This document shows, piece after piece, positions 1 to 9,915 of a DNA stretch of 34,812 bases; position 1 is the first letter of the stretch, and the number at the start of each line of letters is the position of its first letter. The notes beneath the pieces are model-generated. The model made no database searches. It worked only from the letters and a program-made list of their open reading frames with translations, and was not told the DNA's origin. Source of the DNA: Minisyncoccota bacterium (GTDB lineage: Bacteria > Patescibacteriota > Microgenomatia > UBA1400 > PJMF01); the NCBI GenBank assembly GCA_012799795.1, contig JAAZKO010000016.1:1-34812 (forward strand), given 5' to 3'. Made by a program: the position numbers and the translations under genes.

Positions 1-1
1 A

Positions 2-517
2 TACCATAAATATATTGATGAGAGAGGGTTTTTTGCTCAAGTATTAGAACCCACCAGAATTTGCCAACAAATTAATGCCGACTTTAAAATTAAACAAGTT
101 AATTTATCTGTCTCCAAAACTAAGGTGCTTCGTGGTTTGCATGCTGAAAACTGGAATAAATTAATTACTGTTTTAAGTGGCCGGGCTCAATTAGTTGTTG
201 CTGACACTAGAAAAGATTCGCCTACTTATAAAAAATTAGTTTATTTCGACTTTGACGCTGATTTAAATAGTCAATGGGGGGAATCTCTCTACATTACTGC
301 AAAATTGGGCAATTCCATTTGTGCTATAAAAGGTCCCGTATATTATCTTTATGGGGTTGATCAACTTTATCAGGATCGGAAGAACAGCGACGATCAAGCG
401 ATTTCTCTTTTCGATCCAGAACTTAATATCAATTGGCCTTTTGCAAAAGAAAAGATGATTGTCTCTAAACGAGATCTAAACAGCATTAGTTTAAAAGAAC
501 TTGAAGCAAAGGATTAA
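2..517 (+). CDS. rfbC: dTDP-4-dehydrorhamnose 3,5-epimerase (RmlC), 5'-partial
   Basis: Frame 2 is open from the window edge, with no stop between nt 2 and the GTG at 125 used by the ORF track. The extra N-terminal translation ...KYIDERGFFAQVLEP... plus VLRGLHAE are RmlC cupin signatures. Stop TAA at 515-517. The true start lies outside the window. Confidence 0.85.
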   Translation, partial: YHKYIDERGFFAQVLEPTRICQQINADFKIKQVNLSVSKTKVLRGLHAENWNKLITVLSGRAQLVVADTRKDSPTYKKLVYFDFDADLNSQWGESLYITAKLGNSICAIKGPVYYLYGVDQLYQDRKNSDDQAISLFDPELNINWPFAKEKMIVSKRDLNSISLKELEAKD

Positions 518-518
518 G

Positions 519-1541
519 ATGGCAAAAACTCTCCTCGTTACTGGTGGCGCCGGATTTATTGGCTCTAATTTCGTTCATTATTGGCTAAAACATCACCCAG
601 AAGATCGAATCGTCAATCTAGATGCATTGACCTATGCGGGTAATTTAGAAAATTTGACAGCGGTAGAAAATAAGAGCAACTACCATTTTGTAGAAGGAAA
701 TATTTGTGATCGACAATTAGTTAATCAATTAATGACTGATATCGACATTGTTGTTCATTTTGCGGCCGAATCACACGTTGATCGCTCTATCCTCGATCCC
801 GCCATATTTTTAGAAACTAATGTAATTGGTACCCAAGTGTTGCTTGACGCTGCTCTAAAAAAGAAAGTTGAGCGCTTTCATCATATCTCCACTGACGAGG
901 TGTTTGGCGCTCTAACTCTGGACAGTCAAGAAAAATTTGATAGAAATACTGCTTATAATCCTCACAGCCCCTATAGTGCTAGTAAGGCCGCTGCCGATCA
1001 TTTAGTTAGGGCGTATGGCGATACTTATGGCCTGCCTTTTACTATTAGCAATTGCTCAAATAATTATGGTGAGTATCAATTTCCCGAAAAAATGATTCCC
1101 TTAGCCATCACTAATTTAATTGATGAAGAAAAAGTACCGATCTACGGCGATGGTTTGTATGTCAGAGATTGGCTTTATGTACAAGACCACTGTCGAGGGA
1201 TTGATGCCGTTTTAGATCGGGGAAAAGTTGGCGAAACTTATTTATTTGGTGGTCTTTATAAAGACGTTAATAATCTTGAATTAATTAAAATGATTATCCA
1301 CCTTATGGACAAAAATGAGGATGCTATCGAAATGGTCACAGATCGACCTGGTCATGATCGACGTTATAGTGTCGATTTTTCTGCTAGTGAAAAAGCCCTA
1401 GATTGGCGACCAAGTCTTGATTTAGAAACTGGAATAAAGCAAACTATTGATTGGTATCAAAATCATCAAGCTTGGTGGCGACCTCTAAAAGAAAAAAATC
1501 AGCAATATTTTCAAAAACAATATGCTAAAAACAATGGATAA
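519..1541 (+). CDS. rfbB: dTDP-glucose 4,6-dehydratase (RmlB)
   Basis: MAKTLLVTGGAGFIGSNF Rossmann motif, HISTDEVFG, and YSASKAAADHL (YxxxK), all typical of RmlB. I prefer the ATG at 519 (1 nt after the rfbC stop) over the TTG at 501 in the ORF track. Confidence 0.93.
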   Translation: MAKTLLVTGGAGFIGSNFVHYWLKHHPEDRIVNLDALTYAGNLENLTAVENKSNYHFVEGNICDRQLVNQLMTDIDIVVHFAAESHVDRSILDPAIFLETNVIGTQVLLDAALKKKVERFHHISTDEVFGALTLDSQEKFDRNTAYNPHSPYSASKAAADHLVRAYGDTYGLPFTISNCSNNYGEYQFPEKMIPLAITNLIDEEKVPIYGDGLYVRDWLYVQDHCRGIDAVLDRGKVGETYLFGGLYKDVNNLELIKMIIHLMDKNEDAIEMVTDRPGHDRRYSVDFSASEKALDWRPSLDLETGIKQTIDWYQNHQAWWRPLKEKNQQYFQKQYAKNNG

Positions 1542-2415
1542 ACAAATAATTTTAGGCACTGGTTTAAATGGCTTAGTTGGCTCAAAATTTGTTAGCGACT
1601 TTGCCGATCATTATCAATTCGATAATTTAGATTTGCGAGACTCCCAACGTCCAGTCGACATCACTAATCAGGAACAAGTAGATAGGGTAATTGCTCAATC
1701 AAAAGCAAAATTTTTAATTCATTTTGCCGCTTTTACCAATGTGACGGCTGCTTTTGAACAAAAAGAAGATAAAAAAGGATTGTGTTATCAAGTTAATGTT
1801 GAAGGAACTCGAAATATTGCTCTTGCTTGTCAAAAATTTAACAAACAGCTAATTCATATTTCAACTGCTTATGTTTTTGATGGGCAGAAAGAAACTTTGT
1901 ATACAGAGGAAGATCTGCTCTCCCCAATTGAGTGGTATGGTCAAACAAAAGCTTGGGCAGAGGAAATTGTGCAAGCAACTGACAATTTGACATGGACCAT
2001 TCTGCGCATTGATCAACCATTTCGCTCTGATCCGTTTCCTAAATTAGATGTGGCTTGGAAATTAATTAAGGGGATGCGCGCTGGCAAAATTCATCCACAA
2101 TTTAGCGATCATTTCTTCGGTCCAAGTTATATTGATGATTTTGCTAAAGTTCTAGACGCAGTTATTCGTTTAAAATTAACTGGTTTATTTCATGCCACCA
2201 GTGGTGAACAATGGACTGATTTTGCCTTTGCTCAAGCTCTCTCACAAAAGCTGAAAATTGATTATCAAGTAGAAGCTGGGAGCTTAGCAAAATATTTAAA
2301 AACTAGTCAGCGCCCTTACCAAAAAAATACTGCTCTGTCAGTTGAAAAATTAAAATCAGTTTTGGATTTTGACTTAAAATCAATTAATTCAGCTATTAGT
2401 GAAATTAGAGCTTAA
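1522..2415 (+). CDS. rfbD: dTDP-4-dehydrorhamnose reductase (RmlD)-like
   Basis: GTGLNGLVGSKF nucleotide-binding loop and ISTAYVFDG...YGQTKAWAEE (the RmlD STDYVFDG / YxxxK pattern). It overlaps the rfbB end. An alternative ATG at 1534 gives an ATGGATAA stop/start overlap. Confidence 0.8.
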   Translation: MLKTMDKQIILGTGLNGLVGSKFVSDFADHYQFDNLDLRDSQRPVDITNQEQVDRVIAQSKAKFLIHFAAFTNVTAAFEQKEDKKGLCYQVNVEGTRNIALACQKFNKQLIHISTAYVFDGQKETLYTEEDLLSPIEWYGQTKAWAEEIVQATDNLTWTILRIDQPFRSDPFPKLDVAWKLIKGMRAGKIHPQFSDHFFGPSYIDDFAKVLDAVIRLKLTGLFHATSGEQWTDFAFAQALSQKLKIDYQVEAGSLAKYLKTSQRPYQKNTALSVEKLKSVLDFDLKSINSAISEIRA

Positions 2416-2430
2416 TTCTTAAATAAATTT

Positions 2431-3090
2431 CTAATCTTTGGGCAAATTTCTTGATTGCTTTTTATAAACTTCAATTTTTTTTGGATCACCAGACAATAAA
2501 ACATCAGGCACAGCCCAAGTTTTATATTTTGCTGGTCTAGTATATTGTTCTGGACCGGCCAAACCGCTTATAACGTGTGATTCATCCAAACCACTCTCTT
2601 CATTACCCAATGCACCAGGAAGAAGGCGAATAAGCGTATCAGCAATCACTGTGGCAGCTGGTTCACCACCTGTAAGCACATAATTGCCAATCCTAATTTC
2701 CTCATCAACTAAATATTTAGCCACTCGTTCATCCACTCCTTCATAGTGCCCACAAATAATCGTTAGTTCTGTTAATCGACTCCAATCTCGAGCTATTTTT
2801 TGCTTAAATAATTTACCCTTGGCAGAAGTCAAAATAATTTTTTTATTAATACTTCCTTTTTTTTGCTTAAGACTATGCAGTGCCAAATCGATTGGCTCAA
2901 TCATCATCACCATGCCCGGACCACCACCAAAAGGTCGCTCATCAGTTGTTTGATGTTTATCTTTGGCAAAATCACGTAAATTAATTACTCGATAATTTAC
3001 TAGTTTCTTCTCCTTTGCTCTTTTCAAAATCGAAGAATTTAAAATATTAGTAAAATATTCAGGAAAAATAGTTAAAAAATTAATCTGCAT
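2431..3090 (-). CDS. trmD: tRNA (guanine37-N1)-methyltransferase TrmD
   Basis: MQINFLTIFPEYF start, ICGHYEGVDERV and IGNYVLTGGE motifs of TrmD. Ends with TAG (2431-2433). Confidence 0.92.
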   Translation of the reverse strand: MQINFLTIFPEYFTNILNSSILKRAKEKKLVNYRVINLRDFAKDKHQTTDERPFGGGPGMVMMIEPIDLALHSLKQKKGSINKKIILTSAKGKLFKQKIARDWSRLTELTIICGHYEGVDERVAKYLVDEEIRIGNYVLTGGEPAATVIADTLIRLLPGALGNEESGLDESHVISGLAGPEQYTRPAKYKTWAVPDVLLSGDPKKIEVYKKQSRNLPKD

Positions 3091-3164
3091 CTGTTTCTCT
3101 TACTGGCGTTATATTATGCTAATCATTATAATACAAATATAAAATTACTAGGAATCTGAGAAAT

Positions 3165-4454
3165 ATGACAATCACAATTATTGGCACAGGTTTTGTAGGA
3201 GTAGTTTCTGCAGCAGTTTATGCTTCGCTAGGCAATCGAGTAATCGGTTTAGATATTGATCAAAATAAAATTAATAAGTTAAAAAAAGGTCAAGTACCTT
3301 TTTTTGAGGCAGACTTAGAAGAGCTTTTAATTGAACAACAAAAAGCCAAAAGATTAACTTTCACCACCTCTTATCAGGAAGCTATTAGTCAAAGTGAAAT
3401 TATTGTCATTGCAGTTGGCACTCCTTCTGCACCTGATGAGACTGCTGATTTGCGTTACGTCATGAAAAGCGCTGAGAGTTTAGCCCCATATTTGCAAAAA
3501 GATGCTATTGTTGCCATCAAATCCACTGTCCCGCCCGGAACTTTGGAAAAACTAATCAAAAAAATTAAAAAACAAAGTAAAGTTAAATTTTATGGCGCTT
3601 CTTTACCCGAATTTCTTAGAGAAGGTAGTGCTGTTTATGACACCTTGCACCCTGATCGAATAGTAATTGGTGCACAAGACGACTTTGTTTTTAAGAAACT
3701 AGATCAACTGTATGAGGTATTTAAAGCGCCAATTGTGCATTGTAGCGTTGCTTCCGCACAAATGGCTAAATATACGGCCAACACTTATTTAGCGACTCGT
3801 ATCACTTTTATTAATGAAATTGCCAATCTTTGTCAAAAAAATGGAGCAGATATTGAGGAGGTCATTAATGCTATTGGACTTGACCAAAGAATTGGTCAAC
3901 ATTATTGGTATCCTGGTTTAGGCTATGGAGGTTCTTGCTTCCCTAAAGATGTAAAAGAACTGGCTGCTTATTCAAGAACTGTGGGTGAAGAAGGCAATTT
4001 GATGAATAAGATTAATGAAATTAATAAACAACGAATTTTTGATTTATTAATCGATTTTGAAAAAAAAGTTAATGGTTTTGCTGATAAAAAAATAGCGGTT
4101 TTAGGTTTATCTTTTAAACCTAATACTGATGATATGCGAGAGGCTCCAAGCACCAAAGTAATTCCTTATTTAATTAGTAAAGGTGCTTCAATCAAAAGCT
4201 ATGATCCGATGGCCAATTATGAAGAATTTACTAATGAAAAGCACAAAGAACACCAACAAGTAGCAAACGTCAAACAAGCTATTAAAGGAGCTGATGCCAT
4301 TTTTTTATTAGTGGAATGGCCAAAGATTGTTAATTTCCCTTTCCCTGAGTTTAAAGAAAAGAGGCCACAAACTATTTTTGATTGTCGTAATCAACTCGAT
4401 CCTGACGAAATTAAAAAAGCTGGCTATCAATATGTGGGTATTGGAAGGTCTTAA
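3165..4454 (+). CDS. ugd: UDP-glucose 6-dehydrogenase
   Basis: N-terminal IIGTGFVGVVSA Rossmann motif, the catalytic-Cys motif GYGGSCFPKDV, and the C-terminal LGLSFKPNTDDMREAP motif of the UDP-glucose/GDP-mannose dehydrogenase family. Confidence 0.9.
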   Translation: MTITIIGTGFVGVVSAAVYASLGNRVIGLDIDQNKINKLKKGQVPFFEADLEELLIEQQKAKRLTFTTSYQEAISQSEIIVIAVGTPSAPDETADLRYVMKSAESLAPYLQKDAIVAIKSTVPPGTLEKLIKKIKKQSKVKFYGASLPEFLREGSAVYDTLHPDRIVIGAQDDFVFKKLDQLYEVFKAPIVHCSVASAQMAKYTANTYLATRITFINEIANLCQKNGADIEEVINAIGLDQRIGQHYWYPGLGYGGSCFPKDVKELAAYSRTVGEEGNLMNKINEINKQRIFDLLIDFEKKVNGFADKKIAVLGLSFKPNTDDMREAPSTKVIPYLISKGASIKSYDPMANYEEFTNEKHKEHQQVANVKQAIKGADAIFLLVEWPKIVNFPFPEFKEKRPQTIFDCRNQLDPDEIKKAGYQYVGIGRS

Positions 4455-5426
4455 ATGGCTAATAAAAGTCAAACTATTTTAATTACTGGTGGCACGGGTT
4501 TTGCAGGCAGTCATTTAGTGAAGGCTTTAATTAAACAAGGCTATAGCAATATCCATCTTACTGCTTATCGAGATCAGCCAGGCTTTTTAAATGATTTAAT
4601 AGGTGGTGACCGCATTCACTCACTTGATTTAACCGATCATCAAAAAACTAAAGATTTATTTAAAAAGCTAAAACCTCAACAAATTTATCATTTGGCTTCT
4701 TTAGCTAATGTTGGTAATAGTTTTAAACAAGAACAATTTATTCTAGAAACTCACCTTAAACTACAGCTTAATGTGTTAGATGCTATGAAGGAACACAGTC
4801 CTGAGGCTCGCCTTTTGAGCATTGGCACAGCCCTTGAATATCAAGTTAGTGATCAAGCTTTAGATGAAAATGCCCCAATCGGACCCAACAATCCCTATGC
4901 TCTATCAAAAATGATTCAAGATTATTTAAGTTATTCTTATAGTCAGAGTGAAAATTTAGATATCGTTCGCGCTCGACCCTTTAATCACATCGGTGAAAGG
5001 CAAGCGCTGGGTTTTGCCATTAGTGATTTTGCTAATGAAATTGTAAAGATCGAAAATGCTCAAAGTTCAATAATAAAAGTTGGCAACTTATCTGCTATTA
5101 GAGATTTAACTGATGTTAAAGATATGGTGCGAGCCTATATTATCTTGATGACAAAGGGCATCCGGAGCGAAGTTTATAACATAGGTTCGGGAATTGGCTA
5201 CGGTATGGAGGATATTTTGAAAAAGTTAATTGATTTAGCAGAAATTGAAGTAGAATTAGAAATCGATCCTGAGCGTCTCCGACCCATTGATCGACCAGTA
5301 TTAATTTGTAACAATAATAAAATTAAAAATTTGGGTTGGGAAACTCAATACACAATTGAGGATACCCTAAAAAGGGTGCTAGATTGGTGGCGCAAGCAAG
5401 GCAAAACAGAAACTAAGGAAAGGTAA
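4455..5426 (+). CDS. NAD(P)-dependent sugar-nucleotide reductase/epimerase; best guess GDP-4-keto-6-deoxy-D-mannose reductase (Rmd-like)
   Basis: [23 protein letters not shown] (YxxxK), [10 protein letters not shown] and [15 protein letters not shown] resemble Rmd-type reductases as I remember them. The ATG immediately follows the ugd TAA, and the gene sits directly upstream of gmd. SDR membership is secure; the specific activity is inference. Confidence 0.6.
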   Translation: MANKSQTILITGGTGFAGSHLVKALIKQGYSNIHLTAYRDQPGFLNDLIGGDRIHSLDLTDHQKTKDLFKKLKPQQIYHLASLANVGNSFKQEQFILETHLKLQLNVLDAMKEHSPEARLLSIGTALEYQVSDQALDENAPIGPNNPYALSKMIQDYLSYSYSQSENLDIVRARPFNHIGERQALGFAISDFANEIVKIENAQSSIIKVGNLSAIRDLTDVKDMVRAYIILMTKGIRSEVYNIGSGIGYGMEDILKKLIDLAEIEVELEIDPERLRPIDRPVLICNNNKIKNLGWETQYTIEDTLKRVLDWWRKQGKTETKER

Positions 5427-5430
5427 AAAG

Positions 5431-6408
5431 ATGAAAAAAGCTTTTATTACTGGCATCACCGGCCAAGATGGTTCTTATTTAGCAGAATTACTGTTGGACG
5501 AAGGCTACCAGGTTTATGGTTTAACCCGTCGAACTAGCACTCAAAATTTTGCGCGAATTCAAAACATCATTCACAATCCTAATTTGGAATTAATTTCTGG
5601 TGATTTAATAGATCAACATTCTCTAAGTTTCGCTCTTAAAGAAATTCAACCAGACGAAGTTTATAACTTAGCTGCACAATCTTTTGTCCAAGCTTCTTGG
5701 GAGCAACCTATATTAACCGGTGAATTTACTGCTATTGGTGTAGCTAGAGTTTTAGAAGCAGTCCGTTTTTCAGCACCAAAAGCCAAATTTTATCAAGCCA
5801 GCTCAAGCGAAATGTTTGGCAAAGTGCGGGAAGTCCCTCAAAATGAGGATACTCCCTTTTACCCTCGCTCGCCTTATGGAGTGGCTAAGGTTTATGGCCA
5901 CTGGATTACGGTTAATTATCGCGAATCATATGATATGTTTGCAGTTTCTGGAATTTTATTTAATCACGAATCACCTAAGAGAGGTTTAGAATTTGTCACT
6001 CGAAAAATTACTAATGCTGTAGCACGCATTAAACTGGGCAAACAAGAATATATTGAACTTGGCAATCTTGATGCTAAAAGAGATTGGGGTTATGCCAAAG
6101 ATTATGTCAAAGCCATGCATTTAATGCTTCAACAAGACAGTGCGGAGGATTTTGTAATTGCGACGGGCGAAACTCACAGTGTTCAAGATTTCCTAGAATT
6201 AGCTTGTAAAGCAGCTGACTTGGGTGATTGGCAACAATACTATAAGCACAATCCTAAATATGATCGTCCTGCAGAAGTCGATGTTTTGATTGGCGATGCG
6301 AGCAAAGCGAAAAAAATGCTTAACTGGCAACCTAGTGTTAATTTTGAAGAGCTGGTTAAATTGATGGTTGAGGCAGATATTAAAATTGAAGAAAAGACCG
6401 TACATTAA
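5431..6408 (+). CDS. gmd: GDP-mannose 4,6-dehydratase
   Basis: [53 protein letters not shown] and [10 protein letters not shown] are the classic Gmd motifs. Confidence 0.93.
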   Translation: MKKAFITGITGQDGSYLAELLLDEGYQVYGLTRRTSTQNFARIQNIIHNPNLELISGDLIDQHSLSFALKEIQPDEVYNLAAQSFVQASWEQPILTGEFTAIGVARVLEAVRFSAPKAKFYQASSSEMFGKVREVPQNEDTPFYPRSPYGVAKVYGHWITVNYRESYDMFAVSGILFNHESPKRGLEFVTRKITNAVARIKLGKQEYIELGNLDAKRDWGYAKDYVKAMHLMLQQDSAEDFVIATGETHSVQDFLELACKAADLGDWQQYYKHNPKYDRPAEVDVLIGDASKAKKMLNWQPSVNFEELVKLMVEADIKIEEKTVH

Positions 6409-6410
6409 AG

Positions 6411-7598
6411 ATGCAAAAAGCCATTGTTATTATCCCCACTTATAACGAAGCTGACAACTTGCCAATTACTATTAAAAAATTGGCAGAAGTTTTTGAAAAA
6501 ATTAAAGATTGGCAAATGCAGGTTTTGGTAGTCGACGATAATTCTCCAGATGGGACTGCTCAAATTGTTAAAAAGTTACAAAAAAAATATCCTTTTTTAA
6601 AGTTACTGCTCAACTTAAAGAAGGCTGGTCTGGGCTCGGCTTATTTAAAAGGTATGGATAAGGCTTTTAATCAGCTCGATGCTGATTTAGTCTTTGAATT
6701 TGATGCCGATCTTTCTCACGATCCTCAAAAAATTCCAGCAATGCTAAAGGAAATTGAGAATGGAAGCGACCTGGTTTTAGGTTCTCGTTATGTCTCAGGT
6801 GGTTCTATTCCGCAAAATTGGGCTTTACACCGGAAATTCCTAAGTGTCTTTGGTAATTTATTTATTCGCCTAGTGATGTGGGATTTTTCTATCAAAGATT
6901 GGACTACTGGTTATCGGGCAATTAAGAAGGAGGTTTATCAAGCAGTAGCAAATGAACTAGAGTCTGAAAGATTTTTCGGCTATACTTTCCAAATCGGCTT
7001 TCTACATAAAACACGCAAAAAAAAGTTTAAAATTAGTGAGGTAGCTTTTGCTTTTAAAGATCGGGAGATTGGTAGAAGTAAAATAGGACCAGAGTATATT
7101 AAAAATACTCTGTTATACATTATGAAAGTTAGAGTTCAAGAAATTCTTCAGTCTCGTTTGTTTAAGTTTGCTTTAGTTGGCGTAATAGGTGCTCTAGTGC
7201 AACTATCGTCTTTAAAGCTTTATCGCTTTTTATTGCCAAATTTTCAATATTTATTTTTTAGCAATTATTTAATTTCTACTATCTTAAGTATTGAAACAGC
7301 TATTATTAGTAATTTTATTATTAATAATTTTTGGACTTTTTCTGATCGAAAATTAAAAAAACAATCAATGCTCAAGAAATTTTTGGAATTTAATCTTGCA
7401 TCTGGCGGATCACTTTTAATTCAAATGGCAATTGCTGCTATTGGAGAAAATACATTGGGTTTATTTGGTCTTTTCACTCTACCCATTATTGCCATTAAAG
7501 TTGATACTGGCATGATTTATGCTGTAGCTGGCATCCTAATTGGGATGTTTTGGAACTTTTTTGCCTACAATACCTTCATTTGGAAAAAAAAGAAATAG
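6411..7598 (+). CDS. Polyprenyl-phosphate sugar synthase (DPM1/GtrB-type GT2) fused to a C-terminal GtrA-like membrane domain
   Basis: N-terminus: IVIIPTYNEADNL, VVDDNSPDGT, FEFDADLSHDP (DxD region), SRYVSGG, GYRA. From about residue 250 (FKFALVGVIGALVQL... to ...FWNFFAYNTFIWKK) there are four hydrophobic segments typical of GtrA. Ends with TAG. Confidence 0.8.
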   Translation: MQKAIVIIPTYNEADNLPITIKKLAEVFEKIKDWQMQVLVVDDNSPDGTAQIVKKLQKKYPFLKLLLNLKKAGLGSAYLKGMDKAFNQLDADLVFEFDADLSHDPQKIPAMLKEIENGSDLVLGSRYVSGGSIPQNWALHRKFLSVFGNLFIRLVMWDFSIKDWTTGYRAIKKEVYQAVANELESERFFGYTFQIGFLHKTRKKKFKISEVAFAFKDREIGRSKIGPEYIKNTLLYIMKVRVQEILQSRLFKFALVGVIGALVQLSSLKLYRFLLPNFQYLFFSNYLISTILSIETAIISNFIINNFWTFSDRKLKKQSMLKKFLEFNLASGGSLLIQMAIAAIGENTLGLFGLFTLPIIAIKVDTGMIYAVAGILIGMFWNFFAYNTFIWKKKK

Positions 7599-7616
7599 TT
7601 AAGAAATTAATTTTAA

Positions 7617-9155
7617 ATGAAAACTTTCAAAAAATATTTGACTTTCAATAATATTTTCCTAGTTGTAATTTTAGCTTTAGCTACATTTTTACGTTTTTAT
7701 AATTTAAAAAACACCTTTATGTTTCAGGGAGATCAGGGACGAGATGCTTTAGTGGTAGCTAATATTTTTAAAGAAAAAGATCCAGTTTTTATTGGCCCGG
7801 TAACTAGTATTGGCAACATGTATCTTGGCCCTTTTTATTATTATTTTATGTTGCCATTTTTATATCTAAGTTATCCTAATCCTATTGGCCCTGTTTATGC
7901 TGTAGCCGCTTTAGGCGTCATAACAGTTGCTCTTCTTTATTTTATTTGTAAAAAAGTTTTTAATCAAAAAGTAGCGCTGCTAGCAACAATTTTTTTTGCT
8001 TTTTCTAATGTAACTGTCGGATTAGCTCGTTTTAGTTGGAATCCCAATCCCGCTCCGTTTTTTTCTCTATTGATGTTTTATTTCAGCTATCTAGCTTCCA
8101 AAAAAGATAGTCGCTATTGGCTCTTAGTTAGTTTAATGTTCAGCATTTTAATTCAACTACACTATGTTGCCTTATTGTCTTTTGCTGGAGCTTTAATTAT
8201 TTTTATTTTGGATTTAAAAAGGAAAATTAAAGAAAAAAATAGTCAAAAATTAATTAAACATGGCTTTTTATCTATCTTAATTTTTTTACTTTCCTTAACA
8301 CCGCTTGTTTTGTTTGATTTCAAGCATGATTGGCGAAATCTAAATGCACTAAAAAATATTGTTAGCAAAGAACAGAGTTTTGATCTGGAAAGAAAAAGTG
8401 GGCGAGAAGGTCTCGGTGCTTTTGTTAAATTATTTACAGTTGATTTCAAAAGACAAAGTAAAAAAGTTTTATTTAACAGCACTTTTGGAGATCTAGGCAT
8501 TAATAATTTATTTTTATATCTTAGCCTAGTCTTCGTTCTTTTTTACTTAATAAAAAAACGAAAAAAACTCAAAACAGAGGAAAAATTACTCTTTAGCTAC
8601 TTATTAACCGGATTACTTGGTTTAAGTCTCTATCAACATGAAGTTTATACTCATTATTATGCTTATCTTTTACCCATTGTTTATATTTTTTATGCTTGGA
8701 TATTAAGCAAAATTAGGGCTAAATGGTTTTTTTATTTAATTAGCTCATTGTTCTTGATATTTTTTCTTAGAAAAAATTTAGAATTTTACTCATTTAGTGA
8801 CTCTGGCTGGACAATTAATGATGTAAAGATGGTGGCAGACAGCATTCAAAAGCGTGTTGCCAACGGAGAAAAATATAATTTAGTTCTTTTATCTGAATCG
8901 AAAGATTTATACGGCATGAATTATCGATATTTTCTCTCAAGCATGAACAATCCCCCTTTAAAAATTGAGGAACACCATCAGGCAGAAAAACTTTTTATAA
9001 TTAATGAAGAAAAAAAAGAGCAGAATATTATTAATTTAGAAATTTATGAAATTGTGGTTTTCCCTTATAAAAATATTTTAGAAAAATATCAATTTGATCC
9101 TGGTCCTGAGATTACAGTGTTGGGAAATGAGGAAAATAACTATAATGGACAATAA
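7617..9155 (+). CDS. GT-C fold membrane glycosyltransferase (ArnT/PMT-like, GT39/GT83-like)
   Basis: 512 aa with about 10 or more hydrophobic helices. It has an early loop GDQGRDALV (an acidic loop near TM1, as in ArnT/PMT enzymes) and a soluble C-terminal domain. It lies between two GT2 genes. Confidence 0.65.
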   Translation: MKTFKKYLTFNNIFLVVILALATFLRFYNLKNTFMFQGDQGRDALVVANIFKEKDPVFIGPVTSIGNMYLGPFYYYFMLPFLYLSYPNPIGPVYAVAALGVITVALLYFICKKVFNQKVALLATIFFAFSNVTVGLARFSWNPNPAPFFSLLMFYFSYLASKKDSRYWLLVSLMFSILIQLHYVALLSFAGALIIFILDLKRKIKEKNSQKLIKHGFLSILIFLLSLTPLVLFDFKHDWRNLNALKNIVSKEQSFDLERKSGREGLGAFVKLFTVDFKRQSKKVLFNSTFGDLGINNLFLYLSLVFVLFYLIKKRKKLKTEEKLLFSYLLTGLLGLSLYQHEVYTHYYAYLLPIVYIFYAWILSKIRAKWFFYLISSLFLIFFLRKNLEFYSFSDSGWTINDVKMVADSIQKRVANGEKYNLVLLSESKDLYGMNYRYFLSSMNNPPLKIEEHHQAEKLFIINEEKKEQNIINLEIYEIVVFPYKNILEKYQFDPGPEITVLGNEENNYNGQ

Positions 9156-9915
9156 TATGTCAACTTACCTTTCTCTTATTTTGCCCTCATATAATGAAAT
9201 GAAAAACATTAAAAGAGGTGTTCTCAATGAGGTTTATGATTTTCTTAAAGAATATCCTCAAACTTGGGAATTAATCTTAAGTGATGACGGTTCTAGTGAT
9301 GGCAGTAAAATTGCCTTGAAAGAATTTGCTAAAAGGGATGAGCGTATTAAATTCTTAGAAAATCCTCATCGAGGTAAAGGGCCTACTGTCAGCGCTGGGA
9401 TGTTGGCTGCTCAAGGCAAGTGGCGCTTGTTTAGTGATTTCGATCAATCAACCCCCTTAAAAGAAATCTATTCTTTGCTCAAATATAGTGATCAATATCA
9501 AGTTATTTTTGGTTCTAGAGAGATTATTGGCGCTCAACGAGAAAAAGAGCCTTTTTATCGCCATTTAATGGGCAGAGTGTTCAATTTAGTCGTCCAAATA
9601 CTGGCTGTTCCGGGCATGTTAGATACACAATGTGGTTTTAAATTGTTTTCTCAAGAAGCAACAGAAGCTCTTTTCCCCAAATTACATGTTTATTCTGGTA
9701 AAAAAGAGCGTCGTGATGCTTTTACTGGAGCTTTCGATGTGGAATTACTATATTTAGCTAAAAAATATAAATTTAAAATCAGAGAAGTACCTGTGCTTTG
9801 GCAGCATCATGCTACTAATCGAGTCAGCCCCTTAAAAGATTCTTCTTTGATGTTTCTCGATATCGTGCGCATTAAAATAGCAGATTTATCTGGTAAATAT
9901 CCCAACCATGATTAA
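9145..9915 (+). CDS. Polyprenyl-phosphate glucosyl/hexosyl transferase-type GT2 (Alg5/DPM1-like)
   Basis: LSLILPSYNEMKNI, ILSDDGSSDGS, RGKGPTVSAG, FSDFDQSTP and TQCGFKLF motifs. The start is ATG 9145 (GAGGA 11 nt upstream) or ATG 9157. The 9094 start in the ORF track overlaps the preceding gene and is unlikely. Confidence 0.8.
   Translation: MDNNMSTYLSLILPSYNEMKNIKRGVLNEVYDFLKEYPQTWELILSDDGSSDGSKIALKEFAKRDERIKFLENPHRGKGPTVSAGMLAAQGKWRLFSDFDQSTPLKEIYSLLKYSDQYQVIFGSREIIGAQREKEPFYRHLMGRVFNLVVQILAVPGMLDTQCGFKLFSQEATEALFPKLHVYSGKKERRDAFTGAFDVELLYLAKKYKFKIREVPVLWQHHATNRVSPLKDSSLMFLDIVRIKIADLSGKYPNHD

Noticed and set aside
501-518. Upstream alternative starts offered by the ORF track: rfbB TTG 501, GT2 9094, pflA 21363, coaDE TTG 18485.
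   Set aside because: Each extends into the preceding gene and adds residues that are not part of the conserved N-terminus. Downstream ATGs (519, 9145/9157, 21333, 18470) give canonical N-termini and tight gene junctions.
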